A stretch of DNA of 64,000 nt, taken from assembly GCA_964016885.1 (NCBI GenBank), contig OZ024740.1, forward strand, positions 288,362,001-288,426,000, in the 5' to 3' direction. Source of the stretch: Eledone cirrhosa (taxonomy: Eukaryota). Below are positions 26,301 to 39,707 of this stretch, in pieces. The translations under genes were made by a program, and so were the position numbers. How positions within the stretch are numbered: the first letter of the stretch is position 1; each line of letters begins with the position of its first letter. The notes beneath the pieces were generated by a model. The model was not told the DNA's origin, did not search any database, and worked only from the letters and a program-made list of their open reading frames with translations.

Positions 26301-27374
26301 ACTATCCCTTAGTTTCATTTGAGGCGGTGGCATGTGGAATAGATTTACTTCCATTAGCAGCTAAATCAAATCTTCAGCATGACCCAACTGAAATAAGCAA
26401 TGTTAGGGTTCGAAAGTTGACACGCATTATCTCAATATTCAATGGGTGTGACACTTAAAACTTCTCGTTTGCAATATATGTAGTCATAAACCTCTACTGT
26501 TATCTATAAGGGTCACTGTGACCTATTGCTATGTATGGAAGCCGTCATATATTCATACAAGCCTATTTTCATTCTTAGGGCCATACTGATACACCACGAG
26601 AGAAGTAAAATCATTCTGACCTACTCTAATATATGGAGGTATAGTGTTATGAACAAGGAAATCGGTGCAGTTTTCTGCCACATTTGGAGTGATACTGGTC
26701 TACTACTACGTACATATGATGACATAGCGTGAGCTACACGCATAATTATGTCCCAGAAAGCTAGGAGCCTATGTATAACCACATGAACCTAATATATTTT
26801 GAGGTCACGGCATACCTACTACTCTGTGGGTGATGTCAGAAAACATGTATTAGCCTACTTGTAAAGTTAAGTTATAAGTTTCTTGATTTTATTCTTACAT
26901 TGATATTTGTTTTGTGAACTCCTGTCATTGGTTTACACGTGTTTTTCTGTTGTGTATCGGGGTGGCTTGTTTATTCATTTCCTTTAGGTTAAGTTCTAAT
27001 TTGATTATCCAATTGTTAAGCCTGCAACCTCATTTGGTTCCGGTTTTCTATTAATTAAGTAAACGTTTAGGTTTGGGTGGAAGTGTTTAAATGGTTGGCG
27101 GGGGGCGTGGTTTGATGTCATCTAATTTGTTCGGGTCTATTTGTTGGTTAAACGAGATGATGATTTACAGAAGGGTTTGAATTACAATAATGAATACTTG
27201 CAGGGTTTAAGTGTACTCGTTTCTGGTATTTATTGTTAACAGTGTAGTTTATTTCAGTTAGTGTCTCTGTATCGGTTCATATCCGTTGAGGATACATATG
27301 GTGATTCTTCTGATTCTATGTGGGTCAATGAAATAGTGACGCTGCAGAGTATTATAGAAAGCACGCGGAATGGA

Positions 27375-27692
27375 AGGCACTCCGTCGGTTACGACGACGA
27401 GTGGTCCAGTTGATCCGATCAACGGAACAGCCTGCTCGTGAAATTAACGTGCAAGTGACTAAGCATTCAACAAACACGCGCACCCTTAACGCAGTTCTCA
27501 GGGAGATTCAGCGTGACACAGAATGTAACAAAGCTGGCCTTTCGAATTACAGGTACAACTCTTTGTTGCCAGCTGAGTGAACTGGAGCAACGTCAAATAA
27601 AGTGTCTTGCTCAAGGACACGGCGCGCCGCCGGGAATCGAACTAACGACCTTACCGAACCGAATTACCTATCGACAAAACCACGCGCTTTCA
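27375..27692 (-). mobile_element. tRNA-headed CORE-type SINE (family C)
   Basis: Minus strand: B box agttcgattccc, CORE-like gtgtccttgagcaagacacttt. Confidence 0.8.
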
Positions 27693-28096
27693 CGTATAAC
27701 GTCGATTACAGCGTGATGACGTCTATCAACCTCTTACCAGTAATTGGTCTAGGTTTAGTTGTTATGGTGGGAGTGTTTGTCTAGTGTGGTATCTGATACG
27801 TAACGTTGAATCCAGGTTTATATTTATGGATTACGTTTGTTTGAGTTCATGGGCAGCAGTGGTTTGGTGTCGATTTGTTTACAATTAAGTTAAGTTAACT
27901 AAGTCATAGTTCAATTTATTTTCGCTATGTTATGAGTCTTGTTACTCTGGAAATTCACCTGTGCACTGATATCTTGCGAAGGCACAGGTGAAACTGCAAA
28001 GTATCAAGACTCACTACTAAGCCATAAATGAATTTTCAAACATTAACTTGGTATTGAGTACTTTTTCTCTTTTCCATCAATTACATACATATATTT

Positions 28097-28145
<49 letters not shown>

Positions 28146-28157
<12 letters not shown>

Positions 28158-28208
28158 AAGAATCAAAGAACTGTTCAAAACAGTTCTTTGATTCTTATAT
28201 TTCATATA
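28146..28208. repeat. Perfect 30-bp-arm hairpin abutting (TA)n
   Basis: tatatgaaatataagaatcaaagaactgtt-caa-aacagttctttgattcttatatttcatata. Confidence 0.9.
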
Positions 28209-28369
28209 ACTGCTCTGTAAATCATCTGATGTTTTTACATTGAGCTACTTAACTTACTGGTAATAAGGTAGTAATACATTACTGCCTACCACTATTTAGG
28301 GTGTGTGTAAAATACTTACAACTGCTTAAGGTTTTGTGTTTACATAACCATAAATAGTATAACTAATAC

Positions 28370-28400
<31 letters not shown>

Positions 28401-28433
28401 GTGTGTGTATATGTATGTGTCTATGTATGTATG

Positions 28434-29304
28434 TTATCTCTTTCTCTTAATTTCGAGTATATTTTTTTTGACCGGCCACCTTCCTGGTGGCAAGGTTGTA
28501 AAAGAAAAGAAATTGTCATCCCTTGAATCGCAAGAATGTTTTGCAAATTTTGAAGGTGCCAGCTATCGCAGCCATTTATAGACTATGAATTAGGGAGCTG
28601 CGCTTTTTGTCCGCAAATCCAAGTTCAGTCATACTTTGGTCCAAGCGGGTTGGTATATAACCCATAGCTCCAATAATGATGGGTATGAAGCTAACGGTGT
28701 ATCTTGGATACTGGATTTGTAAACTCCTCATCAATGGTCCGTAGATGTCCTCCTTCTCCTGTATTTTTCTGACAACGTTTACATCAAGTGGGCAGCTGAT
28801 CTCCACAACAGAACACGTTTTCAATGTGTGGTCCCAAACTACAATATCAGCCCGGTTGTGCTTTAATTTGGTGGCAGTTTTTATTTTCAGGTTCCACCAG
28901 TATTCCTTAGTGCCATCTGTCTCAATATATTCTTCCTCGTTTGTTGTTAATTTTGTTTTCCAAAGTGCATTCCAGATGGTTCTAGCTAACCCATCGTGTC
29001 TCATGGGGTGGTAGTAGCGAGATGACATTCTTTCGCAGCTGGCAACAATGTGGCTTACATCCTCGATCTTTATTTTACATAGCCTACATTTATTGTCAGC
29101 TGCTGGCCCTCCTCTTTTGTGCAGCAGATATTTGGTAGGGAGTTCTTGTTCCTGTATTGCATAGAGATATCCCTCAAGGTGTGATATCATAAACTTGTCG
29201 GAACTCCATGCCAGGCTTTTTGAGTGGTTTATCCCCTCCATGGTCTGTGTTTTACATCTCAAGTATCCATGCACAACTTTTTCTGTAAATTGGTCAATTT
29301 TTTT
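28434..29304 (-). mobile_element. R4/Dong-clade non-LTR retrotransposon, 5'-truncated (CCHC knuckle + PD-(D/E)xK endonuclease)
   Basis: 232-aa ORF: LHG-like MHG, AIQEQ, CRLC..H...C, RHD, NR(A/P)DIVV, EISCP, K...Y, IPIIIGAMG. The stop at 28576 is premature (CAA in sister copies). Confidence 0.9.
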
Positions 29305-29345
29305 TGTATGTATGTATGTGTGTATGTATGTATGTATACATTTAT

Positions 29346-30569
29346 GTCAGGTCACCAGTTGGTGCTACTGGTAACATGTATCCCAGTACAACCTGTCTCA
29401 TGGTCGGGTCGTTGGCGACTAAACTGGCAACCCCACCAAGGCTTCTTGGTGAGGAGGGTGACTTTGGACATCCTGCAGGACTAAAAACAAAACCTGTCAA
29501 AGAGCAAAGGAGCTCTTAAGAGTCAATGGCCATCCAAAATCACCGGGAGAGATTACCCCTTAGCCTTTGTCAAGGCAGAATTCTAGGAGAAGGAAAACTC
29601 TGATATAACACCTGCAACCCTGATGGTATCCAATGATGTTGACTTGTTCTTCTTTTTGGTAAATATCATCTTGGTTAAGAGAGTGGGACTGGCTTTGTGC
29701 AGAGCCTTTGCTCACTATAAAAGCCTCACGGCACAGACATTGCTTTATATCTGGAGATCTCTCTGCACTTGTCGTCACATGGTACCATGGGCCCAACACT
29801 ATGTGTCAATAATTGTCACAAGTGTAGTGTTTGTACCAGAGTTTTCAAGTTGCTGGCTGGACTAAAAAGTCACACTCGTTCAGCGTATCGGTAGAGGTTC
29901 TCCTACATGGATATAAAGTAGTGGCCGTACTCGAAAACGAGTTGGCAGCCACCATGTATGTATAACAAAGATAAATGCTACTGGTAACATGTATCCCAGT
30001 ACAACCTGTCCCATGGCCGGGTCGTTGGCGACTAAACTGGGAACCCCACCAAGGTTTCTTGGTGAGGAGGGCGACTTTGGACATCCTGCAGGACTAAAAA
30101 CAAAACCTGTCAAAGGACAAAGGCGCTCTTAAGAGTCAATGGCCATCCAAAATCACCGGGAGAGATGACCCCTTAGCCTTTGTCAAGGCAGAATTCTAAG
30201 AGAAGGAAAACTCTGATATAACACCTGCAACCCTGATGGTATACAATGATGTTGACTTGTTCTTCTTTTTGGTAAATATCATCTTTTGTTTAGAGAGTGG
30301 GACTGGCTTTGTGCAGTGCCTTTGCTTACTATAAAAGCTTCACGGCACAGGCATTGCTTTATATCTGGAGATCTCTCTGCACTTGTCATCACATGGTACC
30401 ATGGGCCCAGCACTATGTATCAATAATTGTCACAAGTGTAGTGTTTGTACCAGAGTTTTCAAGTCGCTGGCTGTACTAAAAAGTCACACTCGTTCAGCGC
30501 ATCGGTAGGAGTTCTCCTACATGGATATAAAGTAGTGGCCGTACTCGAAAACGAGTTGGCAGTCACCAT
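29346..30569 (+). mobile_element. Two tandem copies of the non-autonomous RTE derivative
   Basis: 29346-29955 and 29976-30569; both followed by tataacaaa.ataaatg. Confidence 0.88.
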
Positions 30570-30864
30570 GTATAACAAAAATAAATGTTCAGGTGAAGAA
30601 AGTTATGTCGGCTAAAAAAGTTGAATCGATTCATCACAAATATAATCTGACATATTGTATGAATGCAGAGATATGAAGAACATAGATAATGATGGAGGTA
30701 TGGCTAGATATGTCTATATATCACAATGTAAATGACTCTAAAAATAGTCGATCACTATATCTATATATATATAATGAGAATGAGGGGCTCATTCTACTGA
30801 CATGGCTTATAAAAAAGGCTGTTTGCATAATTGAAAACAAATGGAATATTATTATTAATAGAGG

Positions 30865-31022
30865 GTAGAGGGTCGGACGCCATGCTTAGCAGCAAAGAGT
30901 TACAACCGTTTATAGTCTGAGTTCAAATCCCACCAAGGTTAACTTAACGGGGGTCGATAAAATAAAGTACCTGTAATACACTGCGATAATTGGTGGCTTT
31001 GTGCCAAGAGTAGAAACAATTA
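30865..31022 (+). mobile_element. SINE family A (deleted) inserted in a family B fragment
   Basis: Family B sequence at 30785-30860 resumes at 31021-31050. Confidence 0.75.
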
Positions 31023-31055
31023 TTAATATTCAAAAAACTCGATTACAAATATATA

Positions 31056-31115
<60 letters not shown>

Positions 31116-31269
31116 TATATACATATATATATATAGCAGTCCAGTATAGACAAGTGCCTAGGAGAGCAATTGCTTCAAATAAAATAAGATTGCATGGAGC
31201 ATATGTTGAGCCTTTGTAAACCTTTGAGAAGATAGACACTCTAGGATGAGAGAGACATGGACCATGTAG

Positions 31270-32770
31270 CAATAAATGAAGGCAGCCTGTCTAGAAGGGC
31301 TGCCTTCATGGGTTAAAACAACAACTGTTCTGGTCAGACATGGACACTGTAAGCCATAATGAAGGTAGCCTGTCTAGGTGGGCAGTAACTCCAAATTAAA
31401 ACAACTGCAGATATCCACCCCATAGGCCATAGTGAAGGCAACCTATCTAGGAGGACAGTGACTCCAATTAATAATGGCTGCACAGGGCAGACATGGACTC
31501 ATAAGCTGTAGAGAAGGCAACCTGTCTTGGAGAGTAAACACTGAAGAAAAACTGATACAGGATGGAGAGAACTCTTAAGCTCAGTAAGATAACTTCTCTT
31601 GTGTTGGTGGCATGAATAATGCACCCAGTCCATGCTGTAAAGTGGCTGGTGATAGGAAGGGCATCCAGGCAGAAAAAAAATCCTGGCAAAAACATGAAAA
31701 GTATGAGTATGATTCTCACTAATTGCATATAGAGGACTAACACTAGTTATATTAGTGCAGCACTTGGTAGTAGAGTGGCTAGCATAGCCATATGCAAAAC
31801 CCCTTGAACGTCATCAAGTAATCGCGCAGCTTTTTTCCCTTCCAGATACAAAAAACTAACCACTGTCAAGTTACAAATCTCATGACTGCCACCGTCAATG
31901 TTGGCACTCTGAAAGGCAAATGAGGTACATGTATGCTGTGTACATGAGTTGAGATGGAGGGGTGCCTCAACTAGACTACTTAGAGGCAAAAAAAAGAGAT
32001 ACAAACTTTACTGGGTAGGAAATGATGATGGTGTAGAGGGTGTAGGCATTCTGCTTGCTGAGCAATGGATAGATAAGGTGATAGAAGTAGTTAGAGTGGC
32101 ATAAATATCAAGCTTAGACTAGCTGTAAGAAATAGAATGGTGACAATTACATCTATCTATGCACTGCAGGCAGGACTGAGTAAAGAAAAAAAGGACAGGT
32201 TCTATGAGGAACTTTTACAGACAACCTCAGTTACTGATGAAAGAGATTTCATCATCCTGGCAGGCAACTTTAATGGATATGTTGAACAGTATCAAAATGG
32301 ATTCACTGGAGATCATGGTGGTTATGGTTATGGCTCAAGAAATGAAGAGAGAGAGTGAGGCTCCTGGGATTCTGTGATACAAAAGAACTAACCATTTGCA
32401 ACACAAATTTTAGGAAACCAGCCAGCCACTTGATTATATACCAATCAAGCAATCACACAAGCCAGATTGATTTCTTACTTGTAAAACAACAAGATAAATG
32501 GACTGTAATAAATGCTAAGGCCTTCTCTGGGGAAGAATATGCCACTCTACACAAGCTGGTTATTAGTGACATTAGAATAAACACATGGCAGAACAAGGTA
32601 CACAGGAAAACATGGAGATGGAGAGTTTAGAAGCTAGAGGACCTTGCAGTTGAATATGGTATAGAAAGGCCCTAAGGGATTCATTTGATGAGAAGGGGTG
32701 ACAAGCTATGTACATATAATGTAGAGGACAATTGGAAATTCTTGCATGACAATTTTTTGCGGTCGACTAG
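31270..32770 (+). pseudogene. RTE LINE 5' part: repeated 5'UTR motif and decayed AP endonuclease
   Basis: TVNVGTLKGK, CCVHELRWRG, GVGILLAEQW, SIYALQAGLS, LAGNFNGYV, GGYGYGSRNEE, SQIDFLLV, HKLVISD. Confidence 0.88.
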
Positions 32771-32967
32771 AAAAAGCTCAAACTCTACTCTCTCCAACGT
32801 CACTGTGAGTGCTACATTATCTGCATGATATGGAAAATATTCCATCAATATTTCCCAAATGATGTTGGCATCATCTTTAAAATACACCTAAGGTTTGACC
32901 TATGACAAACAGGTGAAACTCCAGAGTAACAAAGGTATTAGCCTTAATAAAATGAATATATATATAT

Positions 32968-33155
32968 CATCATCATCATCATCATCAACGTTTAACGTCC
33001 GTGTTCCACGCTTGCATGGGTTTGGACGGGGGTTTTCCCACTTGAGGCAAGAGTGATTGTCTTGCTCGCATAGGACTGTCTGGCAGGTTTTCTACAGTTG
33101 GATGCCCTTCCTAACACCAACCACATTTACAGTGTGGGTCTGGGAGGTTTTTACC

Positions 33156-33157
<2 letters not shown>
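32968..33157 (-). mobile_element. SINE 3' part with RTE-type tail (TGA)n
   Basis: Homologous to the reverse complement of 37078-37276. Confidence 0.75.
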
Positions 33158-33212
<55 letters not shown>

Positions 33213-33310
33213 CACACACAAAAAAAAAGAAAGATACATAATATATATCATCATCATTTTTATTTTAACATCCGCATTCTCTGCTATATAAATATACATT
33301 TATATATATG

Positions 33311-33495
33311 ATAAATGTAATCTGAGTTTTCCAAATATTAATAACGTTCGATTTGTTTGCAGGGTTCATTCTACTGACATGGCTTTAAAAATGAGGCTTG
33401 TTTGCATAATTGCAAACGAATCGAATGTTATTAATATTCAAAAAACTCAGATTACATTTATTGTATTCAGCCATGTAGAGCGAAAAATGTTATAT
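33311..33495. mobile_element. Fold-back copy of family B
   Basis: Arms 33311-33361 and 33411-33461; (TA)-rich flanks. Confidence 0.75.
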
Positions 33496-33499
33496 ATGT

Positions 33500-33954
<455 letters not shown>

Positions 33955-34164
33955 AGGGAAAGCGGATGTTAAAACAAAAATGATGATGCTGATATATATA
34001 TCTTTCTTTTTTTTTGCTAGGTTTGGAAGAAAGGGCTGTGCCCATGACATTTGGAGGCTCTCTGATGAATGAGATTTGATGCTGTTGATATAAAAATGTA
34101 TAAGCATATGTGTGTGTATGTGTGTGTATGTGTGTGTATATGTGTGTATGTGTGGGTATGTGTA

Positions 34165-34234
<70 letters not shown>

Positions 34235-34421
34235 AAGAGACACGGAGGGATATGAATGTATGTATGTTTACACTCACAGAAAATATAACTTAATGCACAC
34301 TATAGATAATTTCAAATACATGAAATCCAATTGTACTTTATATATATATATAATATATATATTAAAAATATATATATTATATATATACATATATATATAT
34401 ATACATATATACATATATATT

Positions 34422-34498
<77 letters not shown>

Positions 34499-34518
34499 TA
34501 TATATATATATATATATA

Positions 34519-36900
34519 CCAGAAGACGTGATAGAGTGTCTGTTGTAAACACTAAATCCCTACCCCATGAAGAATGCACCTCCCAACATAGACTCATAGT
34601 CAGCGACCTCATAGTCAGGACAAGACGTACTCGATAACAGAGGAGGACTATCCTCAGGAGAAAAATATGGAAGCTAAAGGACCCCACAGCCAGTAATAAA
34701 TTTAAAAGCACATTACTTGATGCTTTTGACAGTAAGGAAGAGCAATTAGAGTCGTACAATATAGAGGAACAGTGGGTATTCCTGAAAGCTAACCTGCTGA
34801 AGTCAGCAGATGAAGTCTGTGGCTGGAGCAGACCTATAGGCAGGAGGAGAGTAACATGGTGGTGGAACAGTAAGGTGGAGGAGTCAATTAAGGCCAAAAA
34901 GCAGGGTTAGAAAGTATGGTGGGATGGGGGAAGTAGAGAAGACTATCAAGTGGCCAGGAGGGAAGCTAGGAGACAAGTGTACTTCGCAAGAAGGGAAGCA
35001 GAGGAAAGAAAGTTCAAGCATGTTCTACAACGCGAGGACCAAAAACGTGAGGTGTTCAGGAGTGCTAGGCAATGTGTCAAGGAAAACCATGATATTGTCA
35101 GGGAGAAGTGTGTCCTTAATGATGATGGTATACTTGCCATCACTGACGCTGATAAGAAGGTAGCTTGGAAGTGTCACTACGAAAGGCTACTAAATGAGGA
35201 AAATAAATGGGAGAAAGACAGTCTCCCCCACATCGATCCAATAGAGGGACCAGCAGTGTTAGTTGAAGGTAGTATAATAAGTAAGGCAATCAAAGATATG
35301 AAGACAGGTAAGGCAGCTGGGCCTTTGGAAATAGTCGCTGAAATGCTGAAAGCATCTGGAACGGTGGGACACACTATGGTCACCCGGATAGCAAACCAAG
35401 TCATACAGAATGGGGTCGTTCCGAAGGACTGGCGTAGCAGCATCATCATTAACTGCTACAAGAGTAAAGGAGATGCCTTAGATAGGGGTAACTATAGAGG
35501 CATTAAATTAATCGACCAGGTCATGAAGGTCACAGAAAAAGTAATAGCGCAACTAATCAGAGAGCGAATTGATCTAGATGAAATGCAGTTCGGGTTTGTA
35601 CCACAGACGCGCTTTTCATTGTACGACAACTACAGGAGAAGTGCCTAGCTAAAAGTAAACCCCTATACTTAGCTTTTGTTGACTTGGAGAAAGCCTTTGA
35701 CAGAGTCCCCCGCTCCATTATCTGGTGGGCTCTTAGAAAACTAGGTGTTGATGAATGGCTTGTGAGAGCTATACAAGCCATGTATAAAGAAACAGTCAGC
35801 AAGGTTAGAATTAACAACGAATATAGTGAAGAGTTTAGCGTAAAAGTTGGTGTCCATCAGGGCTCTGTTCTTATGCCCCTACTATTTATTATTGCCCTTC
35901 AGGCTATAACAGAGGAGTTCAAGACTGGCTGCCCATGGGAACTCCTATACGCAGATGATCTAACGCTCATAGCTGAATCAATGGCCGAACTAGAGAAGAA
36001 ATTCCAAACATGGAAGCATGGCCTAGAATCAAAAGGCCTTAAAATTAACCTGTCTAAGACTAAAGTTCTAGTTTGTAGGAAGGAAAATAGGGCACCAGTC
36101 CCATCTGGGAAATGGCCATGCTCGGTGTGTAGGAAAGGAGTAGGCAGAAATTCCATTTTATGTCCCAAATGCAAAGTATGGGTGCATAAAAGATGTAGTG
36201 GGATCACAGGTAAGCTAACTAAGAATATAAATTTTATATGTGGCCGGTGCTCAGGTGCAATAAGTAGCAGCAAGTGCCCACAGAATACTAGCTGATTCCA
36301 TTGCACAGATGGTTCTATAGAAATAGTGGACACCTTCCGTTACCTGGGTGACAAAATCAGCAATCTGAAAGTACAGTAGCTAGAGTCAGAACGGGATGGA
36401 AAAAATTCAGAGAGCTTATACCACTATTGGCCACTAAAGGGTTCTCTCTAAAAATGAAAGGCAGGCTGTATGATGCCTGCATACGAACAGCAATGTTACA
36501 TGGCAGTGAGACTTGGGCATTGTGTGCAGAGGATATACGCAGGCTGGAGAGGAACGAAGCTTGCATGCTCCGTTGGATGTGTAATAGTAATATACATGAA
36601 CGGCAAAGCATAAACGAACTAAGGGAGAAATTAGGAATAAGAGGGATCAGATGTTGTTTACTCGGGAGAAGACTACGTTGGTACGGTCACGTGATGTGCA
36701 TGAAAGACGACAGCTGTATAAAAAAAGTGCAGGGCGATAAAAAATAGACGGTAGCCACGGAGTAGGCAGACTCTGAAAAACCTGGGACGACTTGATAAAT
36801 TCCGACCTCACACACTTACACCTCTCCAAGACAATGTCACTGGACCGAGATCTTTGGCGCTACACAGTAATACAGAAGACCCACCTTGCCTAAGTACAAA
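34519..36900 (+). pseudogene. 5'-truncated RTE LINE: APE C-terminus, reverse transcriptase with embedded PHD-like finger
   Basis: NYRGIKL, QFGF, FVDLEKAFDRVPR, GVHQGSVL, LLYADD, CSVC...CPKCKVWVHKRC...CGRC, FRYLG, LHGSETW, RLRWYGHV; several stops and frameshifts. Confidence 0.95.
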
Positions 36901-37077
36901 GCGAAACCTACAGTCAGTAGGCACCTCTAACAAAAATACACCCCCCGTCCCACTACTCCCACCCCATCCACACCACCCCTTACAATGTAAAGTTATGTTG
37001 GTACCAAAACATCCAGTCCGAAATAAATGAGGTCGTGTAGGTGTCACGACAAAAAAAACACACTGTCCACGGTGTAA

Positions 37078-37275
37078 TGTGGCCGTGTAGGTAACAGGGT
37101 AAAAACCTCCCAGTCCTCACTGTAAACGTGGTTGGTGTTAGGAAGGGGGTCCAGCCGTAGAAAACCCGCCAGACAGTCCTATATGAGCAGGACAACCACT
37201 CTTGCCTCAAGTGGGAAAACTCCTGTCCAAACCCATGCAAGCGTGGAAGATGGATGTTAAACGATGATGATGATG

Positions 37276-37276
<1 letters not shown>
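37078..37276 (+). mobile_element. SINE 3' part with RTE-type tail
   Basis: ggttggtgttaggaagggg..cagccgtagaaa; ends catgcaagcgtggaagatggatgttaaac(gat)n. Confidence 0.75.
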
Positions 37277-37306
<30 letters not shown>

Positions 37307-37339
37307 TATATATATATTAGAATTGGAACTCTGAAATAG

Positions 37340-37364
37340 CAATATATATATTTGCAAAATACAT

Positions 37365-37424
<60 letters not shown>

Positions 37425-37657
37425 TATATACATATAAATACATACATATATATATATACACACACACATATATATATATATAAAAACACACACATATACA
37501 TACATGCATATTTATGTATATATATATATATATACACATATACATGCATACATATATACATACATGAATATATATACATATATACATATATACATGCATA
37601 TATACATACATGCATATATATATACACATATATACACACATATACACACACACATTA

Positions 37658-37705
<48 letters not shown>

Positions 37706-37806
37706 ATGCGATGAAATACCCATGATCATTTGGTAAATCACTGATGAGGGACTCATTTTATAACATGTTATCCATGTGCAACCAGCAGTATTCTTCTCAC
37801 CCATAT

Positions 37807-37897
<91 letters not shown>

Positions 37898-37924
37898 TAT
37901 ATACATATATATATATACATATAA

Positions 37925-37955
<31 letters not shown>

Positions 37956-38007
37956 CACACTCATATATATATATATAAATACACACACATATACATACAT
38001 GCATATT

Positions 38008-38055
<48 letters not shown>

Positions 38056-38179
38056 TATGCATACATATATACATACATGAATATATATACATACATATAT
38101 ACATTGCATATATACATACATGCATATATATATATATATATATACACATATATACACCCATATATACACACACACATTA

Positions 38180-38247
<68 letters not shown>

Positions 38248-38325
38248 TATATATATATACACACACACATATATATATATATATATATTAAATATAGATA
38301 TATCAAATAGATATATATATATAGA
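37340..38325. repeat. Higher-order duplicated TA/TACA compound microsatellite
   Basis: Landmarks (cataaataca.., catgcatatttatg, catgaata, cacattatattt) recur in the same order about 490 bp apart. Confidence 0.8.
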
Positions 38326-38569
38326 TGTACTAGCTGACTAATACATGTGGTTATGGCTCAACATTGAAAGTAAACACTCCTTGTAGTGAATCACTGGAAT
38401 ATTAGGTTTACTTAACTTATGAGGGGGTTGGGGGGTGATGAGGATAATGATGCCAATGATGATGATGGCATTGATAATGAAGATGGTGATAGTGATAATG
38501 GATTATGATTGGCTTAATAACAGTGTTGCTAGTGATGATAGCAATTATGATGACGCTAATGAAGGGAAA

Positions 38570-38582
38570 GATAATGATGATG

Positions 38583-38665
<83 letters not shown>

Positions 38666-38820
38666 ATGATGGTGGTGGTATGGTGGTGGTGGTGATGGTG
38701 AAGAATATGATGATGATGGTGGTGGTGGTATGGTGGTGGTGGTGGTGATGGTGAAGAATATGATGATGATGGTGGTAGTGACATGATGCCAGTGGTGGTA
38801 TTGATGAAGATGATGATGAG
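38570..38820. repeat. (GAT)n/(GGT)n microsatellite
   Basis: Read directly from the sequence. Confidence 0.95.
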
Positions 38821-39179
38821 GAAGTGAAAAAAGTGCATGAAGATGAAGGGGAAGGGAGGAAAATTCAGCTGATGAGAATGATTGGTGATGTTTGTAATGA
38901 TGGCTAACGGCCATTATCATCATTATGATGATAAAGTGAAAAGCTTTTGTATAGTTGCCCTGGCAACGTAGAGAAGTGTGTGTTTGCAATCAACTGACAA
39001 AACAGCTTCTTTTTTGGGCTGGTAGTTTTTAGCTGATAACAGGTAGGTTATGAACGATGGATAGTTTCATAGGAGAAATGAATGGTCAGTTGATGCCTCT
39101 ATATCATAGAGGGTAGGAACAGCATAGTGGAACTAAATATGTGTGTACGTGTGTGTATGTGTGTGTGTGTGCATCAATT

Positions 39180-39224
<45 letters not shown>

Positions 39225-39310
39225 GTAGGAGGTGAGTTTTATTGTAGTACAATAAAGCAATGCAGATATCGGATAAGAAGCACTCTACAGTTTGTAGGAC
39301 TGGAGTATAC

Positions 39311-39631
39311 ATAATATAAGATCAAAAGATGGTTAAAGGAGTTCCATGTATTTTATTATGCGCATTTCAAAAACAAACATCATCATGCAATAATATTTGT
39401 GTTTTCATCAGATAAAACAGGAGAACATGATATGAAGGCTAAAAAACACTTGTGGATAGTGCAGTTTTAAATCAACATATTAAAACTGCACTATCCACAA
39501 GTGTTTTTTAGCCTTCATATCATGTTCTCCTGTTTTATCTGATGAAAACACAAATATTATTGCATGATGATGTTTGTTTTTGAAATGCGCATAATAAAAT
39601 ACATGGAACTCCTTTAACCATCTTTTGATCT

Positions 39632-39639
<8 letters not shown>
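39311..39639. mobile_element. Perfect 160-bp-arm fold-back carrying a hammerhead on each strand
   Basis: Arms 39311-39470 and 39480-39639, 9-nt spacer, abutting (TA)n. Confidence 0.85.
39533..39599 (+). ncRNA. Minimal type-I hammerhead ribozyme (mirror copy at 39351-39417, minus)
   Basis: ttttat-CTGATGA-long AU/GU stem II-GAAA-tgcgca-TA-ataaaa; palindromic ATGCGCAT. Confidence 0.78.

Positions 39640-39704
<65 letters not shown>

Positions 39705-39707
<3 letters not shown>

Noticed and set aside
26880-27900. Possible decayed Penelope ORF on the minus strand
   Set aside because: Only strand-skewed composition; no RT or GIY-YIG motif could be read.
37741-37800. CTGATGA in an island between TA tracts
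   Set aside because: No downstream stem II-GAAA arrangement found.
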